Of a stretch of 26,951 bases of DNA, positions 18,915-26,951 are shown in pieces. Source of the DNA: an uncultured Deferribacteres bacterium. Lineage in GTDB: Bacteria; Zhuqueibacterota; Zhuqueibacteria; Zhuqueibacterales; Geothermadaptataceae. Where the stretch lies: the NCBI GenBank assembly GCA_964014485.1, contig CAXHAT010000106.1, positions 1 through 26,951 of the forward strand, given 5' to 3'. The translations under genes and the position numbers were made by a program. Position 1 is the first letter of the stretch, and every line of letters starts with the position of its first letter. The notes under the pieces were generated by a model. That model had not been told where the DNA came from. It did no database searches and was given only the letters and a program-made list of their open reading frames with translations.

Positions 18915-20138
18915 ATGCAAGTGTGCAAAAAGAATTTTCGAAGCATTTATTTTTGGGCTTATTGTCTTTTGTTTAGCGCGGCGACCGTCAGCCTTTCGGC
19001 GCAGGAACCGCGAGAAGCTGAAATCGCGGACTTGCGCAAAAAGATATCTGACGTTGAAAAGCTTTATAAAAAACAAAAAGCGCGGGAATCTGAAACACTG
19101 GACTACATCAACGTTCTCGACGAAAAAATAAACCTCACCAAAAATCTCGTTTCAAAATACCGGCAAGCGGCGCTCTCCCAGCGCCAGGAAATTCGCCGTC
19201 TGGAAAAACGACAAGTCGCGCTTGAAGAAGACTTAAGCAAACTCAAAAAAGGCTTTGCGAATCGTTTGGTCAGTTTGTACAAGTACGGCCGCGTCCCTTC
19301 GCTCGCGCTTTTGTTGAACGCCGATTCTTACAAACAAGTCGAAGTTTGGTCGCTGTACCACCGTCGTCTGGCGGAAGACGATGCGCGAAAAATCAAGGAG
19401 ATTCGCTCCCGCCAAGACTCCCTCGTTGCTACGCATGAAAAACTGGGTCAAGCTTTTGAAAAGGAAAATGCGCTCCTGACTGAAAAAACGGCGGAAGAAA
19501 AAAAGCTCGCCGCCGACCGCAAAGAAAAAAACGGTGTGTTGAAAAAAATTCGCAGAGACAAGACGGCCTATCAAAAGCAACTCGACGACTACAAAAATGC
19601 CATCGACCAAATTCAGCGCTTGATCGCCGAATCGGAGAAAAAAGTCGAGCGTGAAAAGAAAGCACAGGCGGAGCAGCCCGTGCAGGTCTCCGCGGACGTC
19701 ATCCAAGCGCCCGCCGAAATTGAATTTGATTTTGCCGCCAATCGGGGGCGTTTGTATTGGCCGGTCGCCGGAGAGATCAAACGTGCGTACGGGCCCTACA
19801 AACACCCTGTTTTGAAGACAACTACCGATAATTTAGGTCTCGATATAACCGTCTCCGCCGGGGCGAAAGTCAGCGCGTCCGCGCCGGGCGTGGTAACCGC
19901 GATTACCTGGCAGCGCGGACGCGGGAATCTGATTATTATCAATCACAGCGACGGCTATTACACGGTTTACACGCACATCGATGAAATTTTTGTGGAATTA
20001 CAGCAAACAGTCGCGCAAGGCCAAGTCATCGGCGCGGTCGGCGAGGGGCAAAGCCTGGACGGACCGTTGGTGCATTTTCAGGTTTGGCAAAAATTCGATC
20101 ACTTGAACCCAACGGATTGGTTAGAGAAAAAACAATGA
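18915..20138 (+). CDS. envC: EnvC-like murein hydrolase activator (coiled coil plus degenerate M23/LytM domain)
   Basis: Signal peptide, long coiled coil, GRLYWPVAG; NLGLDI in place of HxxxD and LVHF in place of HxH. Start may be TTG 18909 or ATG 18915. Confidence 0.82.
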   Translation: MQVCKKNFRSIYFWAYCLLFSAATVSLSAQEPREAEIADLRKKISDVEKLYKKQKARESETLDYINVLDEKINLTKNLVSKYRQAALSQRQEIRRLEKRQVALEEDLSKLKKGFANRLVSLYKYGRVPSLALLLNADSYKQVEVWSLYHRRLAEDDARKIKEIRSRQDSLVATHEKLGQAFEKENALLTEKTAEEKKLAADRKEKNGVLKKIRRDKTAYQKQLDDYKNAIDQIQRLIAESEKKVEREKKAQAEQPVQVSADVIQAPAEIEFDFAANRGRLYWPVAGEIKRAYGPYKHPVLKTTTDNLGLDITVSAGAKVSASAPGVVTAITWQRGRGNLIIINHSDGYYTVYTHIDEIFVELQQTVAQGQVIGAVGEGQSLDGPLVHFQVWQKFDHLNPTDWLEKKQ

Positions 20139-21235
20139 GTTCAAGCGTTCTAAATCTTGACGCGATTCACGGCCAAATAACGGTCAAAAATTCGATCTCA
20201 AAAGCGTTTCAAACCGGGCGATTGGCGCACGCTTATCTTTTCCTCGGGCCTGAGGGCGCGGGCAAATTAGCGCTGGCCCTGGAATATGGCAAAGCTCTGC
20301 TCTGCAAAACCGAGGGCGCCAAGCCTTGTCGAAACTGCGTATCGTGCAAACAGGCAAGAGAGGTCGGTCATCCGTCGCTCGCACTCGTTTTCCCCAAACC
20401 CAAAACGGCCAAGCGAACTGACATTGATCTGGTTCGCGCGTCCATCGCCGAGCAGCCTTACCTGATGCGTCGTCCCTGGCCAAACCCTTCCATATCCATC
20501 AGCGAAATTCGCGAATTACGCCGCCAACTTGGCCTTAAAAGCTCTCCGGGCGAAAGCAGAATCATCATCGTTGCAGACGCGCATAAAATGACGGTGGAAG
20601 CGACTAACGCGCTTTTGAAAATTCTTGAGGAGCCGCCCGCAAACACTTATTTTGTTTTGACTTCCAGTTCGCCCGAAGAATTGCTCCCGACAATCCTGAG
20701 TCGTTGTCAGCACCTTAATTTCGGCGTTTTACAGACCGAGGCGATTGAAAAAATTATTCAGAGTGCGCCCGAAATCGACTCGGAACGAGCAAAATTGATC
20801 GCACGCCTCGCATGCGGCAACATCCGCCGCGCATTCTCGCTTTTGGATGAAAAACAATTTGCGCTCAGGCAAGACGCCGTTGAACTGATGCGTGCCGCCT
20901 TTATGGCTCCGGCGAAATACGCCGTTTTTTGCACGCAATTGGCGCAGAAGCGCGACAAGACCTTAGTCCGCGAGATCCTGCAAAACGCGCTTATTTGGAC
21001 GCGCGACGCCATGACGGCTTCAGCCGTCGGGCCGGAAAAATCTCAAGAAATGATCGTCAATATCGATCAAACCGAGACAATCGAAAAGTTTGTGCAAGGA
21101 TTCCCGAAATTCGATTATAAGCAGGCGGTGCACCAGCTTGAGTTAAGCATGTACATGCTCCAACGATACGTCCAACCCGCCCTGGTTTTGCTTGTGCTTG
21201 TTAAAAAAATTCGGCAATGCGCCAAGCAAAGTTGA
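20135..21235 (+). CDS. holB: DNA polymerase III subunit delta'
   Basis: AHAYLFLGPEGAGK, C..C..C Zn motif, ATNALLKILEEPP, LLPTILSRCQ; ATGA overlap with the envC-like gene. Confidence 0.92.
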   Translation: MSSSVLNLDAIHGQITVKNSISKAFQTGRLAHAYLFLGPEGAGKLALALEYGKALLCKTEGAKPCRNCVSCKQAREVGHPSLALVFPKPKTAKRTDIDLVRASIAEQPYLMRRPWPNPSISISEIRELRRQLGLKSSPGESRIIIVADAHKMTVEATNALLKILEEPPANTYFVLTSSSPEELLPTILSRCQHLNFGVLQTEAIEKIIQSAPEIDSERAKLIARLACGNIRRAFSLLDEKQFALRQDAVELMRAAFMAPAKYAVFCTQLAQKRDKTLVREILQNALIWTRDAMTASAVGPEKSQEMIVNIDQTETIEKFVQGFPKFDYKQAVHQLELSMYMLQRYVQPALVLLVLVKKIRQCAKQS

Positions 21236-21567
21236 GAATGTTTGCTTTTTTGGTGAAAGTATACTCTATTTGATGCACGCGTCTCTAAACGCCGACTGTC
21301 TGTCCGTAACCAGACGAAGCTGTCGAAAAAACTCCAAATTGTTCTGCTGTAAGCGTCTTTTTTGATCGCCATCTTTAACTTTTGAGCGTTGATTGTACCA
21401 GGCGAGAACAAAGATTCCTTTAGTATGACAAAGCGGAGTATTCTTCAATAGTCTCGACGGAGTTTTTTCTTTAAACGGGCGGCAAAACTGCTCTTATCGG
21501 CGATTTTTCCGGACTGCGTGACAATTGAGTTTTTATATAGATCCAATTTTGTTTTATGGAGGACGGA

Positions 21568-22437
21568 ATGTCCGAATATATAGAGATCAAGTTCAAAGGC
21601 CAACGTACGGCCATTTTTGAAAACCCTTCTGACTTCGAGCTGGAAAAAGGGGAATTTGTCCTGGTTGAAGCCGAGAAAGGCTTCGATTTTGGCAAGGTCA
21701 ACTATCAGGGTTCGACAAAGCCTGAAACGACAAAAAAAAATCCTGTGCGAAAAATACTTCGCAAATCCAAAACCGAAGATTTTCTCAAGCAAACGCAAAA
21801 TAGAATCAACGAAAAGAAAGCGCTTGATTCGTGTCGAAAAAAGGTGGCTTACCACAAGCTGCAAATGAAACTCGTCGATTGCGAATATCAATTCGACGGC
21901 AACAAAATCACCTTTTACTTTACCGCCGAAAGACGCGTTGACTTTCGACGCCTGGTCAAGGATTTGGCGGGCGAGCACAGAACGCGCATCGAACTGCGTC
22001 AAATCGGCGTGCGGGATGAAGCCAAACGCCTCGGCGGCTACGGCGTTTGCGGGCGGAAGCTTTGCTGTTCGTCATGGCTGCGCGAATTCCAGCCGATTAC
22101 CACTCAGGCCGCGCGTGATCAAAATTTGCCGCTTAATCCAAGTAAATTGGCGGGCGTTTGCGGGCGCTTAAAATGCTGCCTGATGTATGAGCGCGATTTC
22201 TACAACTGGGCGATCAAGCAATACCCGGAACTTGCGAAGGACGTTAAAACAAGCAAAGGCTGGGCGATGGTCGAACGAATTGACATCTTTCAGGAAACCG
22301 TGCAGCTCAAATATCGCGACGGAGCGACGCGCGAAGTTCTCCCGCTGGCGGAATTAAAAGACAACATGTACAAGTGCAAAAACAACTGCGGGCATGAGCA
22401 CGGCAATCTCGAAGATTTGAAGCAAAACCCGCACTAA
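21568..22437 (+). CDS. ricT: RicT/YaaT (PSP1-domain) Fe-S regulatory subunit
   Basis: FYFTAERRVDFRRLVKDL, RIELRQIGVRDEA, CGRKLCC, KLAGVCGRLKCCL; GGAGG before ATG 21568 (alternative 21556). Confidence 0.93.
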   Translation: MSEYIEIKFKGQRTAIFENPSDFELEKGEFVLVEAEKGFDFGKVNYQGSTKPETTKKNPVRKILRKSKTEDFLKQTQNRINEKKALDSCRKKVAYHKLQMKLVDCEYQFDGNKITFYFTAERRVDFRRLVKDLAGEHRTRIELRQIGVRDEAKRLGGYGVCGRKLCCSSWLREFQPITTQAARDQNLPLNPSKLAGVCGRLKCCLMYERDFYNWAIKQYPELAKDVKTSKGWAMVERIDIFQETVQLKYRDGATREVLPLAELKDNMYKCKNNCGHEHGNLEDLKQNPH

Positions 22438-22466
22438 TTTTTTAACCAGGAATTGATAACGCACCC

Positions 22467-24548
22467 ATGGCAAAGCATAAAAGGATTTTAGTCACCAGCG
22501 CCCTGCCCTACGCCAACGGCCCGATCCACATTGGCCATCTTGCCGGCGCTTACCTGCCGGCGGATATTTATGTCAGATATTGTCGGCTCAAAAAACGAGA
22601 CGTCGTCTACATTTGCGGCTCCGATGAAAACGGCGTGCCCATCATGCTCAAAGCGCGAGCGGAAGGAAAGGATCCGCAGGAAATCGTTGACCGCTATCAC
22701 ACGATGATCAAAAAAGCGTTCGACGGCGTGGGAATGACATTTGATTTCTACGGCAGGACTTCGTCTCCCGTTCATCACGAGACGAGCCGGGATTTTTTCC
22801 GCGCACTCGCGCAAAAGAACCAATTTACGCTCAAGAAAGAACGGCAACTTTATGATCCGGAAGCGAAGCTTTTTCTTGCCGACCGTTTCGTTTACGGCAC
22901 CTGCCCCTCGTGCGGTCACGACAAAGCTTACGGCGATCAATGTGAGAAATGCGGCACAAGTTTAAGCCCGAAGGAATTGATCGACCCCAAAAGTACAATC
23001 ACCGACACGCCTCCGATCGAAAAAGAGACGACGCACTGGTACCTGCCGCTCGAAAAGCTTCAGCCTATGCTGGAAAATTGGATCAATGAAAAAACCGACT
23101 GGAAGCCGAACGTTCTCGGCCAAGTGCGGAGTTGGCTAAATGACGGTTTGCGAGACCGCGCCGTGACGCGTGATTTGCCGTGGGGCATAACAGTGCCTGA
23201 AGATGTCGCCGAGCAAGAAGGCGTCGACGCATCCGGTAAAAAGCTCTACGTCTGGTTCGACGCGCCAATTGGCTATATTTCCGCGACCAAGGAATGGGCG
23301 ACAGAGCGAGGTCAGCCTGATTTGTGGAAAGAATATTGGCAAAATGAAGACACAAAATTGCTCCATTTCATTGGCAAGGACAACATCGTTTTTCACTGCC
23401 TGATTTTTCCGGCCATGCTGGCGATTCACGATGACTTTGTCTTGCCGGAAAACGTGCCCGCAAACGAATTTCTGAACATTGAAGGCGCCAAGCTCTCCAC
23501 CAGCCGCAATCATGCCGTTTGGCTGCATGAATATCTGGAGACGTTTGAGCCGGATTCGCTGCGTTACGCGCTCAGCCTCAATTTTCCCGAAACGCGCGAC
23601 GCCGATTTTTCCTGGAAAGAATTTCAGGCGCGGCATAACAATGAACTAGCCGACGTTCTCGGCAATTTCATCAACCGGGCGTTTACTTTCATCCATCGCT
23701 ATTTTGACGGCGAACTGCCAGAGATTGGCGAACTGGCGGAAATCGATGAAGCGCTTTTGACGCAAACCGCGGCTCTGCGTGACGAAGTCGGCGAGGCTAT
23801 CGACGCGTTTCGATTCAAAGAAGCGACCAAGAAGATGATGGCGCTGGCGCGTGCGGCAAACAAGTATTTTAATGACAGCGAGCCTTGGAAATCGCGCAAA
23901 GAAAACCCGGAGCAGTGCGCGACGACGCTCAATCTATGCGCGCAAACCGCCCACGCTTTGGCGATTCTAAGCAGCCCAATCATTCCTTTTACCTCGGACA
24001 AAATCTGGCAAATGCTGCAACTCGAAGGTTCCGCCAAAGACGCATCGTGGTCAGAAATCGGGACGTCACCTTTGCCTGCCGGGCACAGAATAGGCGAATT
24101 AAGCATTTTGTTTAAAAAAATTGAAGACAGCGAGATTGTGAAGGAAATGGAAAAATTAGGCGGTGTGGTTGAGAAGAAGCCCGCCGAAAAGAATACGGCC
24201 AAGCCCCAGCCGATAGAGAATCATCAAATTACGATTGACGATTTCGCCAAAGTCCAACTGCGCGTTGCTGAAATCGTCGCAGCGGAGCCAGTGAAAGGCG
24301 CGGATCGGTTGTTAAAATTGCAGGTCAAAATTGGTGAGAAAACCAGACAGATTGTGGCGGGAATCGCGCAACATTACTCGCCGGATGAATTGCCCGGCAA
24401 AAATGTCGTTGTTGTCGCCAACCTGAAACCAGCCAAACTGCGCGGCGAAATCTCCGAAGGCATGATCCTCGCCGCCGTTGACAAAAAAACGGGACTCACT
24501 TTAGTTACCCCCGAAAAAATAATCCCGTCCGGTTCAATCGTAAGGTAA
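22467..24548 (+). CDS. metG: Methionine--tRNA ligase with C-terminal tRNA-binding domain
   Basis: TSALPYANGPIHIGH, CPSC/CEKC knuckle, YVWFDAPIGY, GKDN, KLSTS, Trbp111-like tail. Confidence 0.98.
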   Translation: MAKHKRILVTSALPYANGPIHIGHLAGAYLPADIYVRYCRLKKRDVVYICGSDENGVPIMLKARAEGKDPQEIVDRYHTMIKKAFDGVGMTFDFYGRTSSPVHHETSRDFFRALAQKNQFTLKKERQLYDPEAKLFLADRFVYGTCPSCGHDKAYGDQCEKCGTSLSPKELIDPKSTITDTPPIEKETTHWYLPLEKLQPMLENWINEKTDWKPNVLGQVRSWLNDGLRDRAVTRDLPWGITVPEDVAEQEGVDASGKKLYVWFDAPIGYISATKEWATERGQPDLWKEYWQNEDTKLLHFIGKDNIVFHCLIFPAMLAIHDDFVLPENVPANEFLNIEGAKLSTSRNHAVWLHEYLETFEPDSLRYALSLNFPETRDADFSWKEFQARHNNELADVLGNFINRAFTFIHRYFDGELPEIGELAEIDEALLTQTAALRDEVGEAIDAFRFKEATKKMMALARAANKYFNDSEPWKSRKENPEQCATTLNLCAQTAHALAILSSPIIPFTSDKIWQMLQLEGSAKDASWSEIGTSPLPAGHRIGELSILFKKIEDSEIVKEMEKLGGVVEKKPAEKNTAKPQPIENHQITIDDFAKVQLRVAEIVAAEPVKGADRLLKLQVKIGEKTRQIVAGIAQHYSPDELPGKNVVVVANLKPAKLRGEISEGMILAAVDKKTGLTLVTPEKIIPSGSIVR

Positions 24549-24596
24549 ATCTTACGCTCCTACCAGCGGCGGCAGAGAGAAAAATATCGTACACAA

Positions 24597-24644
24597 ACAA
24601 ACGCCCTTGTCATTCTCAATCATAAGAACGACAAGGGCGTTTGT
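24597..24644. terminator. Strong hairpin after metG (terminator or repeat)
   Basis: ACAAACGCCCTTGTCATTCT / AGAACGACAAGGGCGTTTGT 20-bp stem with one mismatch. Confidence 0.65.
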
Positions 24645-24673
24645 GATTTAGGCGGTCTCTGTTTTTTACAATT

Positions 24674-24923
24674 CTACTTCGTCATCAAAACCTTCCGACT
24701 CGTTTGAAATCCGTCCGTGATCATACACACGAAATAGGCATCGGAAGCGACGCGAGCCGGTTTCGTTGCGACCGTTCCAGGTGATTTGGCGGGTTCCAGT
24801 GTGGAATTCGTCGTCCGCCAGAGTGTGGACGCTCCGGCCGAGCATGTCGAAGACGACGATTTGCACGTGCGCGGTTTTTGGCGCGTCAAAGCGGATGGTT
24901 GTGCTTGGGTTGAAGGGGTTCGA
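24674..24923 (-). pseudogene. Orphan C-terminal sorting domain (FlgD-Ig / T9SS type A-like), copy A, full length, frameshifted
   Basis: SNPFNPSTTIRFDAPKTAHVQIVVFDMLGRSVHTLADDEFHTGTRQITWNGRNETG, frameshift, RVASDAYFVCMITDGFQTSRKVLMTK*; no upstream passenger domain. Confidence 0.85.
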
Positions 24924-24964
24924 TCACATGACGGAAGAGCGTGCCGTTATTTTGTACGCGGTTT

Positions 24965-25234
24965 TCAATCTCGCTGTACTAAAGAAATCAGCGTACGCAA
25001 AGCATTATTAACGGTATCCGAAGAAGGAAAATATTCCCATACGTCAGCATCAAGAACGACTGTTTTTTCGCCCAACACACGTCTTTCAGAAAATGTCCCG
25101 TCGCTATGATAAATCCGAATGGTATATCCGTCTTCCTTCAACCTCTTCGCGTATTTGCCGCGAACGCCGCCCGAAAAATCATACTCGGGCTGCATGGCGT
25201 CTCTTGCCTCCTCTTTAGAAACAGTCTTCTTCAT
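24965..25234 (-). CDS. BrnA-like antitoxin, intact
   Basis: MQPEYDFSGGVRGKY...VVLDADVWEYFPSSDTVNNALRTLI; start overlaps the 3' end of the BrnT remnant. Confidence 0.78.
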   Translation of the reverse strand: MKKTVSKEEARDAMQPEYDFSGGVRGKYAKRLKEDGYTIRIYHSDGTFSERRVLGEKTVVLDADVWEYFPSSDTVNNALRTLISLVQRD

Positions 25235-25315
25235 ATTGTTTTCGCTCATTTCGTGTAGCTTTTCGTGCATTAATTAGTCAGCCTTGTCTTCATCCCATTC
25301 AAATAATAGCGCCAT
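25215..25315 (-). pseudogene. brnT: BrnT toxin remnant with a large internal deletion
   Basis: MALLFEWDEDKAD* joined directly, out of frame, to INARKATRNERKQYEEDCF*: the N- and C-terminal BrnT motifs with the middle missing. Confidence 0.85.
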
Positions 25316-25374
25316 TGTGTTTCTTACGCCGCCTTTTTCTCATCGGACTAAATATATTGCCACAACAACTTTTT

Positions 25375-25402
25375 AAAATAGCAAGATAGCAGGACTTGTC
25401 AA
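25375..25402 (-). promoter_or_regulatory. Putative sigma70 promoter of the brnT/brnA cassette
   Basis: Minus strand TTGACA-N16-TATTTT with TG extended -10. Confidence 0.5.
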
Positions 25403-25496
25403 TAGGAAGGTTTTCAGGGGGAAAGATGGTTTCGCGGAGAGCGGAATTTGCGTACAAAGTCAGGAGAAGGCAATCAGAACTCAGCTATAGGAATAA

Positions 25497-25530
25497 GGCG
25501 AGATTCATCTCGAAGATGAGTCTCGCCACG
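25497..25530. repeat. Hairpin, possible GTGG-type REP
   Basis: GGCGAGATTCATC-TCGAA-GATGAGTCTCGCC 13-bp stem; the minus strand begins CGTGG. Confidence 0.5.
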
Positions 25531-25552
25531 TCACAAGGTTTTTGGATAAATG

Positions 25553-25669
25553 TTATTTCGCCAGCAAAACCTTCCGGCTCGTTTGAAATCCGTCGGTGAT
25601 CATGCGCACGAAATAAGCCCCGGAGGCGACGCGGGCGCCGGATTCATTGTAGGCCGTTCCAAGTGATTT
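25553..25669 (-). pseudogene. Sorting-domain copy B, 3' half
   Basis: ITWNG, +1 frameshift, NESGARVASGAYFVRMITDGFQTSRKVLLAK*; aligns with 24674-24788 and 26787-26906. Confidence 0.85.
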
Positions 25670-25712
25670 TCTGAGCGCTGTCGCATCGAATCGGGGCGAC
25701 GAAAACGTTATT

Positions 25713-26096
25713 TCAGAACGTTGCGTCTTTCGCTTTATTTTCTAATGTGAGCAATCCCATTGGAAAATCCATGATCATTAAACATTCCCGAAGTAATTGT
25801 GTGCCAATCGCTGGTTTTTCATCATTGGAAAGAAGGACGACGACTTGCCTTTCTTGCCCAAACCAGACAATTTTTCCCTCAGCAACAAGCTCTTCCCGCG
25901 ACTCGCCGCTTGCGTAGGTTATTTGCAAAGATTGCAACGGCTCAAGGTCAAAATGATCCGCCATCTCGTAGGATAATGCTATTTCTCCGTCAAATCCAGT
26001 ATCGACAAGAAATTTGAGTTCTTCCTGATTTCCGTTTGCAACAACGTTCAATTTAAGATAGGGATGGACGGAATTTTCAATCACCCCGACAATCAT
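25713..26096 (-). CDS. Clan AA (retropepsin-like) aspartic protease, AF_0612-like
   Basis: FLVDTGFDGEIAL catalytic motif and PAIGTQLL; ATGA overlap with the upstream gene. Confidence 0.85.
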   Translation of the reverse strand: MIVGVIENSVHPYLKLNVVANGNQEELKFLVDTGFDGEIALSYEMADHFDLEPLQSLQITYASGESREELVAEGKIVWFGQERQVVVLLSNDEKPAIGTQLLRECLMIMDFPMGLLTLENKAKDATF

Positions 26097-26386
26097 TTAC
26101 GCATGCCGTCGGTTAAACCGGAGCCGCCGAAATGAAAGACTGACTTATAGCCGATGCGAATGGTAAACGGCAGAGTGCCCGGATACTTCTTTCTCAGCTT
26201 TTTTGCCGAAGCCAGGTTCTCTTTTTCGATCACGTAATCGCCGTTGTCAACATTGATTGACATGTACTCCCCCCAGTGCTCGCGTTCGAGCTCCGCCCGC
26301 AACGGCTCGAAGATCGCACGCGCTTTTCTGCCCGTTTCCGCCCGCTCTTCCCGGCTCGGAAATTTACTGCTTTTGAGTTCAACCAT
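26093..26386 (-). CDS. Small DUF5678-like partner protein of the aspartic protease
   Basis: LEREHWGEYMSINVDNGDYVI...LRKKYP...FTIRIG; AAGGAG RBS before ATG 26386. Confidence 0.7.
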   Translation of the reverse strand: MVELKSSKFPSREERAETGRKARAIFEPLRAELEREHWGEYMSINVDNGDYVIEKENLASAKKLRKKYPGTLPFTIRIGYKSVFHFGGSGLTDGMRK

Positions 26387-26520
26387 ATCGTTGTCTCCTT
26401 CCTGCTTGTTCTCAATTTGCGCTTTGATTCGCGAACGCAACTCTACCATTCCGAATCGCAAACAATTGCGGTGTAACGAGCAATTAAATCTTAGAAAAGC
26501 CCGATGAAAAAAACAAGCAA

Positions 26521-26625
26521 TTACACGCGGCGGACGAGCATGTCGAAGACGACGATTTGCACGTGTGCGGTTTTCGGCGCGTCAAAGCGGATCGTTGTGT
26601 TTGGATTGAACGGATCAGGATAGGA
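26521..26625 (-). pseudogene. Sorting-domain copy B, 5' half
   Basis: SYPDPFNPNTTIRFDAPKTAHVQIVVFDMLVRRV*; aligns with about 24828-24923. Confidence 0.85.
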
Positions 26626-26627
26626 AG

Positions 26628-26775
26628 GTAGGCCGGATTAAGCGCAGCGAATCCGGCAATTGAGGTGAGTATTACAAGTCAGGTACATTTGACACGAGCA
26701 AATTACGTGCATCAATTCAATATTTTTTATCAGGTGAAGTCATACGCCGGATTCGCTGCGCTTAATCCGGCCTAC
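26628..26775. repeat. GTAG-family REP doublet (REPIN/BIME-like)
   Basis: GTAGGCCGGATTAAGCGCAGCGAATCCGGC (26628-26657) and its exact reverse complement (26746-26775), with an 88-nt AT-rich spacer. Confidence 0.9.
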
Positions 26776-26786
26776 GTGGCTGAAAA

Positions 26787-26906
26787 TTACTTCGCCAATA
26801 AAACCTTCCGACTCGTTTGGAACCCGTCCGTGACCATGCGCACGAAGTACGCACCGGAGGCGGCGCGGGCGCCGGATTCATTGCGGCCGTCCCACAGGAC
26901 TTGGTG
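26787..26906 (-). CDS. 3' end of a gene ending in a FlgD-Ig/T9SS-A-like sorting domain (copy C), cut by the contig end
   Basis: Open frame HQVLWDGRNESGARAASGAYFVRMVTDGFQTSRKVLLAK*; could equally be another orphan copy. Confidence 0.65.
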   Translation of the reverse strand, partial: HQVLWDGRNESGARAASGAYFVRMVTDGFQTSRKVLLAK

Positions 26907-26951
26907 CTGTCTCTTATACACATCTGACGCTGCCGACGAGCTTCTTGGTGT
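26907..26951 (+). other. Nextera adapter read-through (technical artefact)
   Basis: CTGTCTCTTATACACATCT (mosaic end) + GACGCTGCCGACGA + 8-nt index GCTTCTTG + GTGT (start of the P5 complement). Confidence 0.98.

Noticed and set aside
18915..20138. Active M23 endopeptidase, or novelty of its degenerate site
   Set aside because: Loss of the Zn ligands is the established EnvC condition.
21445..22002. 185-aa minus-strand ORF, and similar ORFs inside metG, envC and susC
   Set aside because: They overlap well-supported genes on the opposite strand or in another frame.
24674..26906. Sorting-domain repeats as DGR template/variable repeats
   Set aside because: Differences are not adenine-specific, are mostly synonymous or indels, and no reverse transcriptase is present.
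24674..26906. CRISPR array or integron attC array
   Set aside because: Repeats are 100-250-nt coding fragments at irregular spacing; no cas or intI genes, and no attC-like ends recognised.
26907..26925. Tn5/IS50 transposon end
   Set aside because: Followed by the Nextera adapter and index, so it is a library artefact.

Overview
Metagenomic contig end (Nextera adapter read-through at 26907-26951), probably from an FCB-group bacterium such as KSB1/Calditrichota; this lineage call is inferred from the SusC/SusD pair, DUF5916, holB-ricT-metG synteny and YPNPFNP-type sorting domains. Core genes: Lhr helicase (cut by the left edge), SusC/SusD, rfbC plus an NDP-sugar C-methyltransferase, a DUF5916/CBM9-like outer-membrane protein, an AI-2E transporter plus a cNMP-binding protein, an EnvC-like M23 protein, holB, ricT and metG. 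Two accessory patches (3.3-6.1 kb and 24.7-26.9 kb) are arrays of small toxin-antitoxin-type cassettes bracketed by diverged direct repeats made of protein-coding fragments: DUF433 on the left, and a secretion C-terminal sorting domain repeated four times on the right. In these arrays most toxins are destroyed or absent while the antitoxins stay intact. Other structure: a palindromic repeat translated in frame inside the methyltransferase, a 243-bp MITE with a 7-bp target duplication that carries nested REP-like hairpins, a REP doublet, and a candidate ECF-sigma-driven small RNA.
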